From a virus (lineage: Duplodnaviria > Heunggongvirae > Uroviricota > Caudoviricetes), in the IMG/VR virus record IMGVR_UViG_3300010279_000462: 64,000 bases of DNA. The stretch is one strand, 5' to 3'. Below, piece by piece: positions 15,850-25,001 of this stretch (positions are counted from its first letter, which is position 1; each line of letters opens with the position of its first letter). A program made the translations under genes and the position numbers. Below the pieces are notes generated by a model. The model ran no database searches, had not been told where the DNA came from, and saw only the letters and a program-made list of their open reading frames with translations.

Positions 15850-18047
15850 GCAAGGAACAGAATATGACGCTGACCCTCGGAAGTCTGTTTTCAGGCTCCG
15901 GGGGTTTTGAATTGGGAGGGCTTCTTACCAATCAAATCGTGCCGGTATTCAATTCGGAGATTGAACCATTTGCCATCCGGGTCACGACCAAGCGTCTGCC
16001 GGAGGTCAAGCATTACGGAGATGTGTCTGCCCTGAACGGTGCAGACCTGCCACCTGTGGACATCATCACCTTTGGCAGTCCTTGTCAGGATATGTCCATT
16101 GCTGGCAAGCGAGATGGTCTGGATGGTTCACGGTCCAGCCTGTTCTATGAAGCAATCCGAATCGTGAAGGAAATGAGGTGTAAGACCAATGGAGCAAAAC
16201 CAAGATTTATCGTGTGGGAGAATGTGCCGGGCGCCTTCTCCTCCAACAAAGGACAAGACTTCAAGGCAGTCCTCGAAGCCGTCATCGGTGTTAAAGAACC
16301 GTCCGCCGAGGTGCCTGCGCCTGATAAAAAAGGCTGGCCCGACGCTGACTACTATCTGGGAGACGGATGGAGCGTCGCGTATCGAGTTCTTGATGCGCAG
16401 TGGTGGGGCGTGCCCCAACGCCGAAAACGCATCTACCTTGTCGCAGATTTTACAGACCACAGTGCCCCCAAAGTACTATTTGAGTCCGACGGCCTGTCTG
16501 GGTATTCTGCGGAGAGCTTCCGTGCGTGGCAAAGAGCTGCCGCCTGTGCTGAAGACAGCACTGGAACGGCAGGCGGCTGCGGAAGAATCTGCCTGAACGA
16601 CCAAGGCGGGGCGCAGATGGATGTGTCCGAAGAAGTGACCGGGACACTCCGTGCGCAGGAGCATGGGCATCAGCCCTGCGTCCTTGAAGCGGCTGGTTTC
16701 TGTACGGAACACTCCGCCAATGCCAGAAGCATCGGGTACGAGGAAGAACGGTCGCCTACACTCCGGGCCGGCGTTGTGCCAGCCGCCATTGCACTGGAAA
16801 ATCATCCGACCGACAGCCGGGTGAAGATTTCCAAGGATGGCATGGTGCAGACGCTGACCAGCCGGTGCGGCACGGGCGGTGGGAACGTTCCTCTGATCAT
16901 GGATGGCGCGGAGAATCCTCCAGCGGTCACCTTGAAGATCCGTTCCGGGTGCGAGGGTGGCGGCAAGGGAGCCATCTGGCAGGAGGACAAGTCCGCCACT
17001 CTTGGCTGTAATAACGACCAGACAGTTTTCGTGCCGAAGTGCTACGGTGTCTGCTCGAAAGCCAGCCATTCCATGATGAGCGACAATCCGCACAGCGGCT
17101 TCTATGAAGCCAGCACTTCCCGGACGCTGGATTGCAGCGGCGGTGACCCGACCTGTAATCAGGGTGGGCTGTGTATCTGCGAACCTGTTGTCTGCGTGGA
17201 TCAGGGCGGCGGCAAGTCCAACTGTACGGTAGACGAACAGGTTGCACCGCCGCTCGCCTGTACCCATGGAGGTTCACCGGCTGTGGCATTCACGCAGAAC
17301 CAGCGGGATGAAGTCAGAGATCTGGGCGAGAAAGCCGGCTCCCTGTCCGCACAGCCGGGAATGAAGCAGCAGACCTTCGTGGCGCAGCCGGAGGATGTGA
17401 CCGCGTTCCATGTGAACCAACGCAATGAACTCATTGACCTGCACGGAAAGTCCGGCGCGCTCATGGCGACCCGGAGCGACCAGATGCAGACCTTCGTGCT
17501 GCAGGGCAGCATGATCGGGCGCAGTGATGAGAACGGTCCGCAGGGGGATGGCATCAATGAGGATGTCTGCTTCACCCTGGATGCCACTGACCGTCACGCT
17601 GTTTGCGCTTCCAAGGATGTGTACGCTATGACCACCGGCTCCTTCATGAAGGTGGAGGAGAATGTGTCTCCAACCCTTATGGCGAGGGACTATAAAGACC
17701 CGACCACCATCGCGCCGGTGCCGCAGGATATCAGCTACACGGTCCGCCGCCTGACCCCGACCGAGTGTGCCCGGCTGCAGGGCTTTCCGGATTGGTGGTG
17801 CAGTGACCTCGAAACCGAGAATCCCACGGAAGCGGATATGGCTTTCTGGCAGGATGTGTTTGAAACGCACCGCAGACTTGTGACCCATGCCAAGAAGCCG
17901 AAAACGGAGAAGCAGATCCGCAAATGGCTGGCTGACCCGTATTCGGATGCGGCAGAGTATAAGCTCTGGGGCAACGGCGTTTCTTTGCCCATAGTTTTTT
18001 TCGTTCTAAGTGGCATCGTATGGGCAGCAAATAAGGATTTTTGTTAA
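15846..18047 (+). CDS. DNA (cytosine-5)-methyltransferase with a very large variable region (733 aa)
   Basis: Motifs FSGSGGF (I), GSPCQDMS (IV), ENVPG (VI), TECARLQGFPDWW (IX) and GNGVSLP (X) are present. The final ~24 codons are supplied by the RIT left inverted repeat. Confidence 0.85.
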   Translation: MSKEQNMTLTLGSLFSGSGGFELGGLLTNQIVPVFNSEIEPFAIRVTTKRLPEVKHYGDVSALNGADLPPVDIITFGSPCQDMSIAGKRDGLDGSRSSLFYEAIRIVKEMRCKTNGAKPRFIVWENVPGAFSSNKGQDFKAVLEAVIGVKEPSAEVPAPDKKGWPDADYYLGDGWSVAYRVLDAQWWGVPQRRKRIYLVADFTDHSAPKVLFESDGLSGYSAESFRAWQRAAACAEDSTGTAGGCGRICLNDQGGAQMDVSEEVTGTLRAQEHGHQPCVLEAAGFCTEHSANARSIGYEEERSPTLRAGVVPAAIALENHPTDSRVKISKDGMVQTLTSRCGTGGGNVPLIMDGAENPPAVTLKIRSGCEGGGKGAIWQEDKSATLGCNNDQTVFVPKCYGVCSKASHSMMSDNPHSGFYEASTSRTLDCSGGDPTCNQGGLCICEPVVCVDQGGGKSNCTVDEQVAPPLACTHGGSPAVAFTQNQRDEVRDLGEKAGSLSAQPGMKQQTFVAQPEDVTAFHVNQRNELIDLHGKSGALMATRSDQMQTFVLQGSMIGRSDENGPQGDGINEDVCFTLDATDRHAVCASKDVYAMTTGSFMKVEENVSPTLMARDYKDPTTIAPVPQDISYTVRRLTPTECARLQGFPDWWCSDLETENPTEADMAFWQDVFETHRRLVTHAKKPKTEKQIRKWLADPYSDAAEYKLWGNGVSLPIVFFVLSGIVWAANKDFC

Positions 18048-18064
18048 ATTATGAGCCGATAAAA
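17976..18064 (+). repeat. RIT left terminal inverted repeat
   Basis: 17979-18004 is the exact reverse complement of 21601-21626. Imperfect similarity continues inward to about 18064. Confidence 0.7.
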
Positions 18065-18098
18065 TTCCATGATACCAACCTTTTATGATAGCTGAAAA

Positions 18099-18130
18099 GC
18101 CGGTAAAAGTAAGACCTTACTTTTACCGGC
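18099..18130 (+). promoter_or_regulatory. perfect 15-bp-arm palindrome in the ritA leader, followed by TGTATAAT
   Basis: GCCGGTAAAAGTAAG-AC-CTTACTTTTACCGGC. TATAAT lies 8 bp downstream. Confidence 0.4.
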
Positions 18131-18183
18131 TCAGCCTGTATAATGATGTTAGTACCGAACATACAGATTAAAGGTGAGGCATA

Positions 18184-19443
18184 ATGGACAATTTTCTAAC
18201 TGAGACTTCTTCAGCGAAAGTTAAAGACACTCCTACAACTTATACCGTAAAGTCCTTGGTAGAGGACGCAACGACATTTCTTCAATCCAGGGGTGACTAC
18301 CGTGACCGCGTAGTGAACTATATCAAGGGAACATGGCATCAATTTGAAAATTACTGCGAAACCAATAGCATTTTATTCTACCAGTCTGAATACAGTAACA
18401 GATTCATTGAAAGCCTTTCTATTGGTTTACAGCCTCTCAAACCGGAAACCATTAAGCGTAAGGTGGGCAATCTTAAAATGCTCGACCTGTACGCAAAAAA
18501 TGGCACATGGGAGAAGGATGCATTAGATTCCAAACCTAACCTTGAAGCGGAATTTTCTGAATTCATCGCAGCACAGGATGAGTTCTTAAAAACACGTCAC
18601 TATTCGAAATTTTCTTGTGAAACCATTTGTAAACAGACAACAGCTGTACTGAATTATCTTCAGAATAATGAAATCACCAGTTTCTCGGAAATCACTAGTG
18701 ATATCATTTCTGACTATGCTATTTCACTGAAGGGTCATGCAAAAAGTACTATGCGCTGTGAACTCAGCCGAATTAGACAGATTTTGCATAATGCCTACCT
18801 TCTAAAGTATACCGCTGATGATTTGTCCACTTACGTCCCAACGTACAATCTTGGCCAACCCCAAAGCAATGTTAAAATATGGCATTCTAGCGAGATAAAC
18901 AGAGTTCTGTCTGCGGTGGATCGGTCAAATCCTAAAGGTTTGCGGGATGCCGCTTATATCACCATTGCAGCAGAACTTGGGATGCGAAGTAAGGACATTA
19001 CTGACCTTAAGCTTTCGGATATTGATTGGGAAACTTGCACTATCTCGTTTGTCCAGAGCAAAACCGGGAAAGTCAATCCCCTTCCGCTTAATGAAAAAAT
19101 TGGCCGCGCCATTATTGACTATCTGAAAGTCAGACCCGATACGGATTGTGAATACCTATTTGTGAATATGAATCCTCCGTATGGCAAAATGAAGTCGTTC
19201 AATTCATCATTTAACAAGTATGTCAGCCGCTCCGGAGTCACTATTCCTGTTAATGCTCACCATAATCTTCACTCGCTCCGGGCTACCGTTGCGACCAAAC
19301 TTTTGAAAGAGGGCGTATCTCCTGACGATATCGTTTCTTTTCTGGGGCATTCCGACAGGGAGTCGCTTCACAACTATATCCGTATGGATATAGACAGCCT
19401 CCGAAATTGTGCATTGTCTTTTGAGAATGGTGAGTTTGTATGA
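18184..19443 (+). CDS. ritA: tyrosine recombinase RitA-like
   Basis: 419 aa. RBS AGGTGAGG. Motifs HSLRAT...LGHSD...LHNY (R-H-R-Y). Confidence 0.8.
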   Translation: MDNFLTETSSAKVKDTPTTYTVKSLVEDATTFLQSRGDYRDRVVNYIKGTWHQFENYCETNSILFYQSEYSNRFIESLSIGLQPLKPETIKRKVGNLKMLDLYAKNGTWEKDALDSKPNLEAEFSEFIAAQDEFLKTRHYSKFSCETICKQTTAVLNYLQNNEITSFSEITSDIISDYAISLKGHAKSTMRCELSRIRQILHNAYLLKYTADDLSTYVPTYNLGQPQSNVKIWHSSEINRVLSAVDRSNPKGLRDAAYITIAAELGMRSKDITDLKLSDIDWETCTISFVQSKTGKVNPLPLNEKIGRAIIDYLKVRPDTDCEYLFVNMNPPYGKMKSFNSSFNKYVSRSGVTIPVNAHHNLHSLRATVATKLLKEGVSPDDIVSFLGHSDRESLHNYIRMDIDSLRNCALSFENGEFV

Positions 19444-20420
19444 TGCGGGTTTACAAATACACAAGTGGACTATCCACACAGATACAATCCTTTATAGAGG
19501 AAAAGCGTGCTCTTGGATGCAAGTATGAAAAGGAGGCCAAAGTCTTTTATGAAATGGACAGATTTCTAGTTAGGGAAGGAGTTGTTGAGCCAATCCTCAC
19601 TCAGAATGTGGTTGAAAAATGGGTAGAGAAGCGTCCCAACGAGAAAAGAAAAAATCAACGTTGGCGACTAAATTTTACCAAGCGTTTTGTAGCTTATCTT
19701 CTGCTTCACCACTATGAAGCGTATTATCCTGAATACAAAATTTCCTCAAGCGATGACAAATGCTTCGTGCCATACATTTTCACAAACACGGAAATTGGCG
19801 ACCTTATTGCATATTTTAATACCATGAAGCCAAGTAGACAGTATCCTAATGGCCATATCGTACTTCCCTTACTGTTTCTAACACTTATATGCTGTGGGTT
19901 GCGGTCTGGTGAAGTTGCATCGCTTACAGTTAATGATGTTGATATTAAAAACGGCATTCTCACAATCAGAAATGCCAAGCACGGGAAAAGTCGCAGTATT
20001 CCTATTTCTGAAAGTATGTGCCTCAAATATGCTGAATACTATGATTTACTCCATACTAACAGCGACGGTAAGGATTATTTCTTCCCGAATGCACGTGGCA
20101 ACTGTCATCACACCAATGAAATCGAACGCAGATTTAAGGAGGCGCTATGGAACTGCGGCATTCCTTATAAAGGACGCGGTTATGGTCCTAGAGTCCATGA
20201 TCTTCGCCATACTTTTGCAGTTCGCGCCATGCAGAAGATTCGGAAGGAAAAAGGAAGTAATCTTATGGCACTTCCATATCTGTCAGTCTATTTAGGGCAC
20301 TACAACATGAACAAAACACAGCAATATTTGCACCTTGTTGTGGATGCATATCCAGAATTAATTGAGAAGCAGCAAGATTACCTTGGCGAAACAATACCAG
20401 TATGGGAGGTTTCAGAATGA
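19440..20420 (+). CDS. ritB: tyrosine recombinase RitB-like
   Basis: 326 aa. ATGA overlap with ritA. Motifs RHTFAVRA...LGHYNMNKTQQY. Confidence 0.8.
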   Translation: MMRVYKYTSGLSTQIQSFIEEKRALGCKYEKEAKVFYEMDRFLVREGVVEPILTQNVVEKWVEKRPNEKRKNQRWRLNFTKRFVAYLLLHHYEAYYPEYKISSSDDKCFVPYIFTNTEIGDLIAYFNTMKPSRQYPNGHIVLPLLFLTLICCGLRSGEVASLTVNDVDIKNGILTIRNAKHGKSRSIPISESMCLKYAEYYDLLHTNSDGKDYFFPNARGNCHHTNEIERRFKEALWNCGIPYKGRGYGPRVHDLRHTFAVRAMQKIRKEKGSNLMALPYLSVYLGHYNMNKTQQYLHLVVDAYPELIEKQQDYLGETIPVWEVSE

Positions 20421-21436
20421 GAACACCGGACTTTTCAAAATACTTAACGATGTTCCTTGAACACTATCTTCCAGAACTTAAGAATGCCAGCGAGAATACC
20501 TTGGCAACATACAGCGACACTTTCTGCTATTTTCTAACTTATTGTCAGGATGTGGAAGCAATGAAAATTGAGCGAATGTCGGTCAGTGATTTCACTGCGG
20601 AACTTGTTGAAAGATACCTGCACTGGATGGAAACAAGCCAAGGCAATAGTCTTGCAACTCGGAATAACCGACTGGCTACAATCCATTCTTTCGTTAGATT
20701 TTTGCAGCCCAGGGAACCAAAACTGCTACTCAACTTTCAGAAGATTCTTGCAATTCCAACAAAGAAAGCACCACAAAAAACTGTGCAGCCTCTCTCAAAG
20801 GAATCTGTCGCTGTACTACTTCGTCAGCCAGACACATCTACTCTCAAGGGAAGAAGGGATGCAACTGTTCTATGCGTGTTGTATGATACGGCTGCTCGTG
20901 TATCGGAAATCTGCAATCTCCGCATAGAGGATGTGCGGTTTGAGAATCCTCCGCATATTCGCATAATGGGAAAAGGAATGAAAGTGCGTACAGTTCCTAT
21001 TTTGCCAGCGACAGCTATAAACTTAAAAAGCTACCTTATAGAAACGCATCGATTAAAGCCTGAGTGCTATCACTTGCCTCTTTTCGTTAACCGTGATGGA
21101 GAACCCTTTACACGGTCCGGAATCAGGTATATTTTAAACAAATACGTCAAAATGGCCCATGAAATAGATCCATCTATTCCCGAAAGTCTTAATCCCCATC
21201 GTATCAGACATACCAAGGCAATGCATCTATATGAGGCGGTTGATGACCTTATCGATGTCCGTGATTTTCTCGGCCATGCTGATATAAAAACTACAAGTAT
21301 CTACGCTAGATCCAGTCTTGCCAAAAAGAGGAAGGCACAAGAGAAGATTTCGAATTCTCCTGTGCCTGAGATGGCATCTTGGCAACAGGATAAAGGCACA
21401 CTCGAATGGCTTAAAAACTATGGGCGCAAGAAATAG
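20417..21436 (+). CDS. ritC: tyrosine recombinase RitC-like
   Basis: About 339 aa. RBS GGGAGG 7 nt upstream. ATGA overlap with ritB. Motifs HRIRHTKAM...LGHADIKTTSIY. Confidence 0.8.
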   Translation: MRTPDFSKYLTMFLEHYLPELKNASENTLATYSDTFCYFLTYCQDVEAMKIERMSVSDFTAELVERYLHWMETSQGNSLATRNNRLATIHSFVRFLQPREPKLLLNFQKILAIPTKKAPQKTVQPLSKESVAVLLRQPDTSTLKGRRDATVLCVLYDTAARVSEICNLRIEDVRFENPPHIRIMGKGMKVRTVPILPATAINLKSYLIETHRLKPECYHLPLFVNRDGEPFTRSGIRYILNKYVKMAHEIDPSIPESLNPHRIRHTKAMHLYEAVDDLIDVRDFLGHADIKTTSIYARSSLAKKRKAQEKISNSPVPEMASWQQDKGTLEWLKNYGRKK

Positions 21437-21540
21437 CAACGGAGCCCCAAATTATAGCAGGCAGATCAGGATAATTCTTGATCTGCTTTTTTATTGGTAT
21501 ACACCATTACCTATTTGATACTGACTGTAAGGGAGGCGGA

Positions 21541-21629
21541 TTTTATTGGCTTATTTTCTATGACAAATCTTTATTATATGCCCAAACTATTCCAGATAAG
21601 ACGAAAAAAACTATGGGCAAAGAAACACC
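21541..21629 (+). repeat. RIT right terminal inverted repeat
   Basis: Reverse complement aligns with 17976-18064. The outer 26 bp are exact and the inner part is imperfect. Confidence 0.7.
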
Positions 21630-21651
21630 ATTATCGGTTGCAATACATAAT

Positions 21652-21729
21652 GGCGTCGCACTGCCATGTGTCTATTTTGTGCTGGCCGGCATCGTGTGGG
21701 CGGCGCAGAATGCCGAGGAAACCCAATAA
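21652..21729 (+). pseudogene. displaced native 3' end of the C5-MTase gene (encodes GVALPCVYFVLAGIVWAAQNAEETQ*)
   Basis: About 70% nt identity to the element-borne MTase 3' end at 17976-18040. Its protein tail parallels GVSLPIVFFVLSGIVWAANKDFC*. Confidence 0.55.
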
Positions 21730-21859
21730 AACGGCCTGCTGTATGATGAGGTACCAGAACCCCATGATACAGTGGGCATACATATCGGATGATCCTGCAC
21801 AACCGTGTCTGGCACGATTTGTGTAATGGGTCGAACATGAGAAATGTCGAAAAATGGCC

Positions 21860-21890
21860 TTGCTATTTCATCGATTCAGAGCAATATATG
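21860..21890 (+). promoter_or_regulatory. promoter cassette copy (TTGCTA-N17/18-ATATAT)
   Basis: TGGCCTTGCTATTT, same family as copies at 23161, 25060 and 27084. Confidence 0.5.
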
Positions 21891-21923
21891 TGCTACCGAA
21901 AATAAAGAAGGGAGCACAAAACC

Positions 21924-23006
21924 ATGAAAAAGTACGTTTTGAACATCGATGACCGCAAGGCACTGGTAGGCCGCCTGATGGAGCTGACTGGGCTGAGTTC
22001 CCAGTACACCTATATGCCGCGGTGTGCCTACCTTGTCGGCAACTACACCGTTGAGAAGGAGGGAACGCTTGTGACGGACGAAACCGCAGACCAGCAGGTC
22101 ATTGAGACCCTGCTGAACGAGGGCATCATCGTGGACCCTGATATGCCGACCCAGCAGCCGAGTGTGGCAGAAGCACCGCAGGACGAGATGCCCGGCGAGG
22201 TGACCGAACAGACCGATGCCGAGGAGGAAGCAACCGCCGAGGAATCCTCGGATGTTGAGGAAACCGATGACGAGGAGGAAGATGACACCCCTGATGAATC
22301 CACGGAGTCCGAAAGCGAGGATGTGGATGACCTGACGGTCAGCGTTCCTATGGCGGGTCACACTCCACAGAGCATCCGCAACTTCCTGAACCTGATGTAC
22401 AGCCGCGGACCGCTGCTGAACAAGGCTCTGGGAACGAATTTCTCGGTATCGGATGCTTTGCTGGAAGCCTTGGATCAGGCGACCATCCGCACGGTGAATG
22501 AGATGCTGGATGAGCTGGAGGAGTACCGCCTCGGTGCGGGAGATACCGGCATGACCGGCATCCTCATCCTGCCGGATAAGATCAGCCTGTGCTTCGCCGG
22601 ACCGCTGAGTTCGGAACAGGTGCGCGTCTGCACCCAGCTGACTTCCGCCATGAACCGCATGGCGATCACCCAGAAGCGGATTCAGGCAAAGACCGTGAAC
22701 GATGAGAACGAGAAGTACGCTTTACGCATCTGGCTCATCCGCTTGGGTCTGAATGGCAACGAACACAAGGAACTGCGCAGAGTCCTGATGCAGAACCTTT
22801 CCGGCCATGCCGCCTTCCGCACGGCAGAGGAAGCTGAGAAGTTCCGTATCAAGGAAAAGGCAAAGCGCGACAAGCTGAAAGCCGCGAAACAGGCGGCACA
22901 GGGCGGCGACGCCGATGCCGGGGAAACGGGCGAGGCGGAAGCAGACGCGCCCACACAGCCCGACTGTGGGGCGGACACGGCGCAGATGCTGGAAGCGGGA
23001 GCGTAA
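21924..23006 (+). CDS. protein with amidoligase C-terminal-like domain and acidic linker (paralog of the downstream amidoligase C-terminus)
   Basis: C-terminal ~110 aa (…NDENEKYALRIWLIRLGLNGNEHKELRRVLMQNL…) align with the amidoligase C-terminus (…TDNEKYAMRCWMLRLGFIGDEFKTAREILLRNM…). D/E-rich segment in the middle. Confidence 0.6.
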   Translation: MKKYVLNIDDRKALVGRLMELTGLSSQYTYMPRCAYLVGNYTVEKEGTLVTDETADQQVIETLLNEGIIVDPDMPTQQPSVAEAPQDEMPGEVTEQTDAEEEATAEESSDVEETDDEEEDDTPDESTESESEDVDDLTVSVPMAGHTPQSIRNFLNLMYSRGPLLNKALGTNFSVSDALLEALDQATIRTVNEMLDELEEYRLGAGDTGMTGILILPDKISLCFAGPLSSEQVRVCTQLTSAMNRMAITQKRIQAKTVNDENEKYALRIWLIRLGLNGNEHKELRRVLMQNLSGHAAFRTAEEAEKFRIKEKAKRDKLKAAKQAAQGGDADAGETGEAEADAPTQPDCGADTAQMLEAGA

Positions 23007-23160
23007 GCTCCTGACCCCTTATGGGGCCGGCAGATAACCGAGAGCCTTTTTCATTGTACCGATATTACCTCTGAAAATGTACATTATCAAGCGGATTTTC
23101 CGCAATAATGTACACGATCATTGCCCTCGAAGATCGGTGATTATTTGACCCTTTATGGCC

Positions 23161-23189
23161 TTGATATACACCCAACATGACGGTAATAT
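23161..23189 (+). promoter_or_regulatory. promoter cassette copy TTGATA-N17-TAATAT
   Basis: Exact 17-nt spacing. ATGTACA and TGTACACGATCA motifs lie upstream. Confidence 0.6.
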
Positions 23190-23236
23190 GCACATACCGC
23201 AAGGGGAACAGAACAAGACCAAAGGAGAAGAACACC

Positions 23237-24172
23237 ATGAACGATAAGACCAGAGAGCAGATTGAAGCCATGAAGAAGCAGACCATCGGGGTCGAGATCG
23301 AGATGAACAACATCACCCGCGAGAAGGCAGCCAGAAAGGTTGCGGATTACTTCGGAACGACAGCGTGGAATGCAGCCGCCCAGTACGGCTACATGAGCTG
23401 GGCTTGTAAAGACCAGCAGGGCAGGGTTTGGAAGTTCCAGCGGGACATCAGCATCCACGGACCGGACAGCGAGAAGTGCGAACTGGTGACCCCCATCCTT
23501 ACCTACGAAGACATCGAGACCTTGCAGGAAATCGTCCGACTGCTTCGCAAGGCGGGTGCAAAGTCCAGCCCCAGCAGAGGATGCGGAGTTCACATCCACA
23601 TCGGAAAGGGCGACCACGATGCAAAGACCCTGCGAAACTTGGTCAACATCATGGCAGCCCACGAGGAGCAAATCGGCAGAGCGATTCGCATCGATGAGGG
23701 ACGCACTGGTCACTACTGCCAAGTGGTCAACTACCACTTCCTCAAAGAGCTGAACCGCAGAAAGCCCACCACCATGACCCAGCTTGCCGACATCTGGTAC
23801 GAGGGCAACGATGCAGACTACGGCAGAACCCAGCACTACAATTCCAGCCGGTACCATATGCTCAACCTCCACGCAACCTTCACCAAGGGTACGATTGAGT
23901 TCCGGCTTTTCCAATTCGCAGACCCTTCGGACGGCAAGCAGAACGGGCTGCACGCCGGTGAGCTGAAGGCATACATCCAGCTTTGCCTTGCGATGAGCCA
24001 GCTTGCCAAGACGGTGCGCACGGCAAGCCCCAAGCCCCAGCAGACCGACAATGAAAAGTACGCGATGCGCTGCTGGATGCTTCGGCTGGGCTTCATCGGA
24101 GACGAATTCAAAACGGCAAGGGAAATCCTTCTGCGGAATATGGAGGGCAACGCTTCCTGGCGCAACGCATGA
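23237..24172 (+). CDS. amidoligase (Amidoligase_2 / GCS2-like carboxylate-amine ligase family)
   Basis: N-terminal IGVEIEMN motif and GCS2-like overall profile. Adjacent to two GGCT genes, the conserved neighbourhood described for phage amidoligases. RBS AAAGGAGAAG. Confidence 0.6.
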   Translation: MNDKTREQIEAMKKQTIGVEIEMNNITREKAARKVADYFGTTAWNAAAQYGYMSWACKDQQGRVWKFQRDISIHGPDSEKCELVTPILTYEDIETLQEIVRLLRKAGAKSSPSRGCGVHIHIGKGDHDAKTLRNLVNIMAAHEEQIGRAIRIDEGRTGHYCQVVNYHFLKELNRRKPTTMTQLADIWYEGNDADYGRTQHYNSSRYHMLNLHATFTKGTIEFRLFQFADPSDGKQNGLHAGELKAYIQLCLAMSQLAKTVRTASPKPQQTDNEKYAMRCWMLRLGFIGDEFKTAREILLRNMEGNASWRNA

Positions 24173-24241
24173 GCGCAGGAAGTTCGGGCACCTATCGGGC
24201 GGGCAACCGCCCTTTAGGCGGTAGAAGGAGGCAGCAAAACC

Positions 24242-24472
24242 ATGAAAAATCAGACAACCGAAAAAGCACCCGGCAGAAGCTTTCGGGTGGTCATCACCGA
24301 GACGCTCAAGCGGGTGGTCGAGGTCAACGAAAGCGAACTCAAGGAACCCACAATGGACGAAGCCATCCAAACCGTCAGCGACTGGTGGCACAACGAGCAG
24401 ATTGTTCTGGAAGCAGAGGATTTCGATGGCGTGGAATTCACGCCCGCGGAGGGCGGTGGACAGGATGACTGA
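24242..24472 (+). CDS. small acidic hypothetical protein
   Basis: 76 aa. RBS AGGAGG. Lies between the amidoligase and GGCT genes. Confidence 0.45.
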   Translation: MKNQTTEKAPGRSFRVVITETLKRVVEVNESELKEPTMDEAIQTVSDWWHNEQIVLEAEDFDGVEFTPAEGGGQDD

Positions 24473-25001
24473 CCGATTCCGGCTGAACCTTGACACCGCC
24501 AGCCGAAAGCCGACACGGTATTATCTTGCCTACGGCAGCAACCTCGACATGGAGCGTATGGGACACAGATGCCCCTACGCAGTCCCCATCGGAACGACCG
24601 AGATCTACGGCTACCGGCTCCTGTTCAAGAGGAGCAAGACCGGCAGCTACGCGACCATCGAGCAGGACGCCAACGAAAGCGTCCCGGCTGTGGTCTGGCT
24701 GCTCTCGGAATACGATGAGCGTCTGCTCGACGGGTACGAGGGCTGTCCGAGGTACTACTACAAGAAGCAGTTCCAGCTTCCGGTCTGGAATTTGGAAGGG
24801 CATCGGATGAAAAAACTGAAACCCTGCATGGCATACATCCTGCACGAAGAACGACTGCTGGGCTGCCCCAGCCGGGACTACTTCAAGCTGCTGGATGACG
24901 GATACGCAGATTGGGGATTTCCCAAGGATGTCCTCTGCCGCGGGCTTTGCGCCAGCATCGGCAGGGTGGCAGCCATGCAGTTTCTCGGAAACAGCGGATG
25001 A
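24465..25001 (+). CDS. gamma-glutamyl cyclotransferase (AIG2/GGCT-like) 1
   Basis: YYLAYGSNLDMERM...GYRLLF...YEGCPRYY is the GGCT signature. Confidence 0.75.
   Translation: MTDRFRLNLDTASRKPTRYYLAYGSNLDMERMGHRCPYAVPIGTTEIYGYRLLFKRSKTGSYATIEQDANESVPAVVWLLSEYDERLLDGYEGCPRYYYKKQFQLPVWNLEGHRMKKLKPCMAYILHEERLLGCPSRDYFKLLDDGYADWGFPKDVLCRGLCASIGRVAAMQFLGNSG

Larger units (their letters stand above)
17976..21629 (+). mobile_element. RIT (recombinase-in-trio) element
   Basis: Three overlapping same-strand tyrosine recombinase genes between ~89-bp imperfect inverted repeats. The interior is low-GC (about 40%) against ~58% host. Confidence 0.75.

Noticed and set aside
17985-18047. Hydrophobic MTase C-terminus (LPIVFFVLSGIVWAA) considered as a transmembrane anchor
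   Set aside because: GNGVSLP plus a hydrophobic helix fits canonical C5-MTase motif X and the following helix. The unusual feature is that it is encoded by the RIT inverted repeat, which is reported as a finding.
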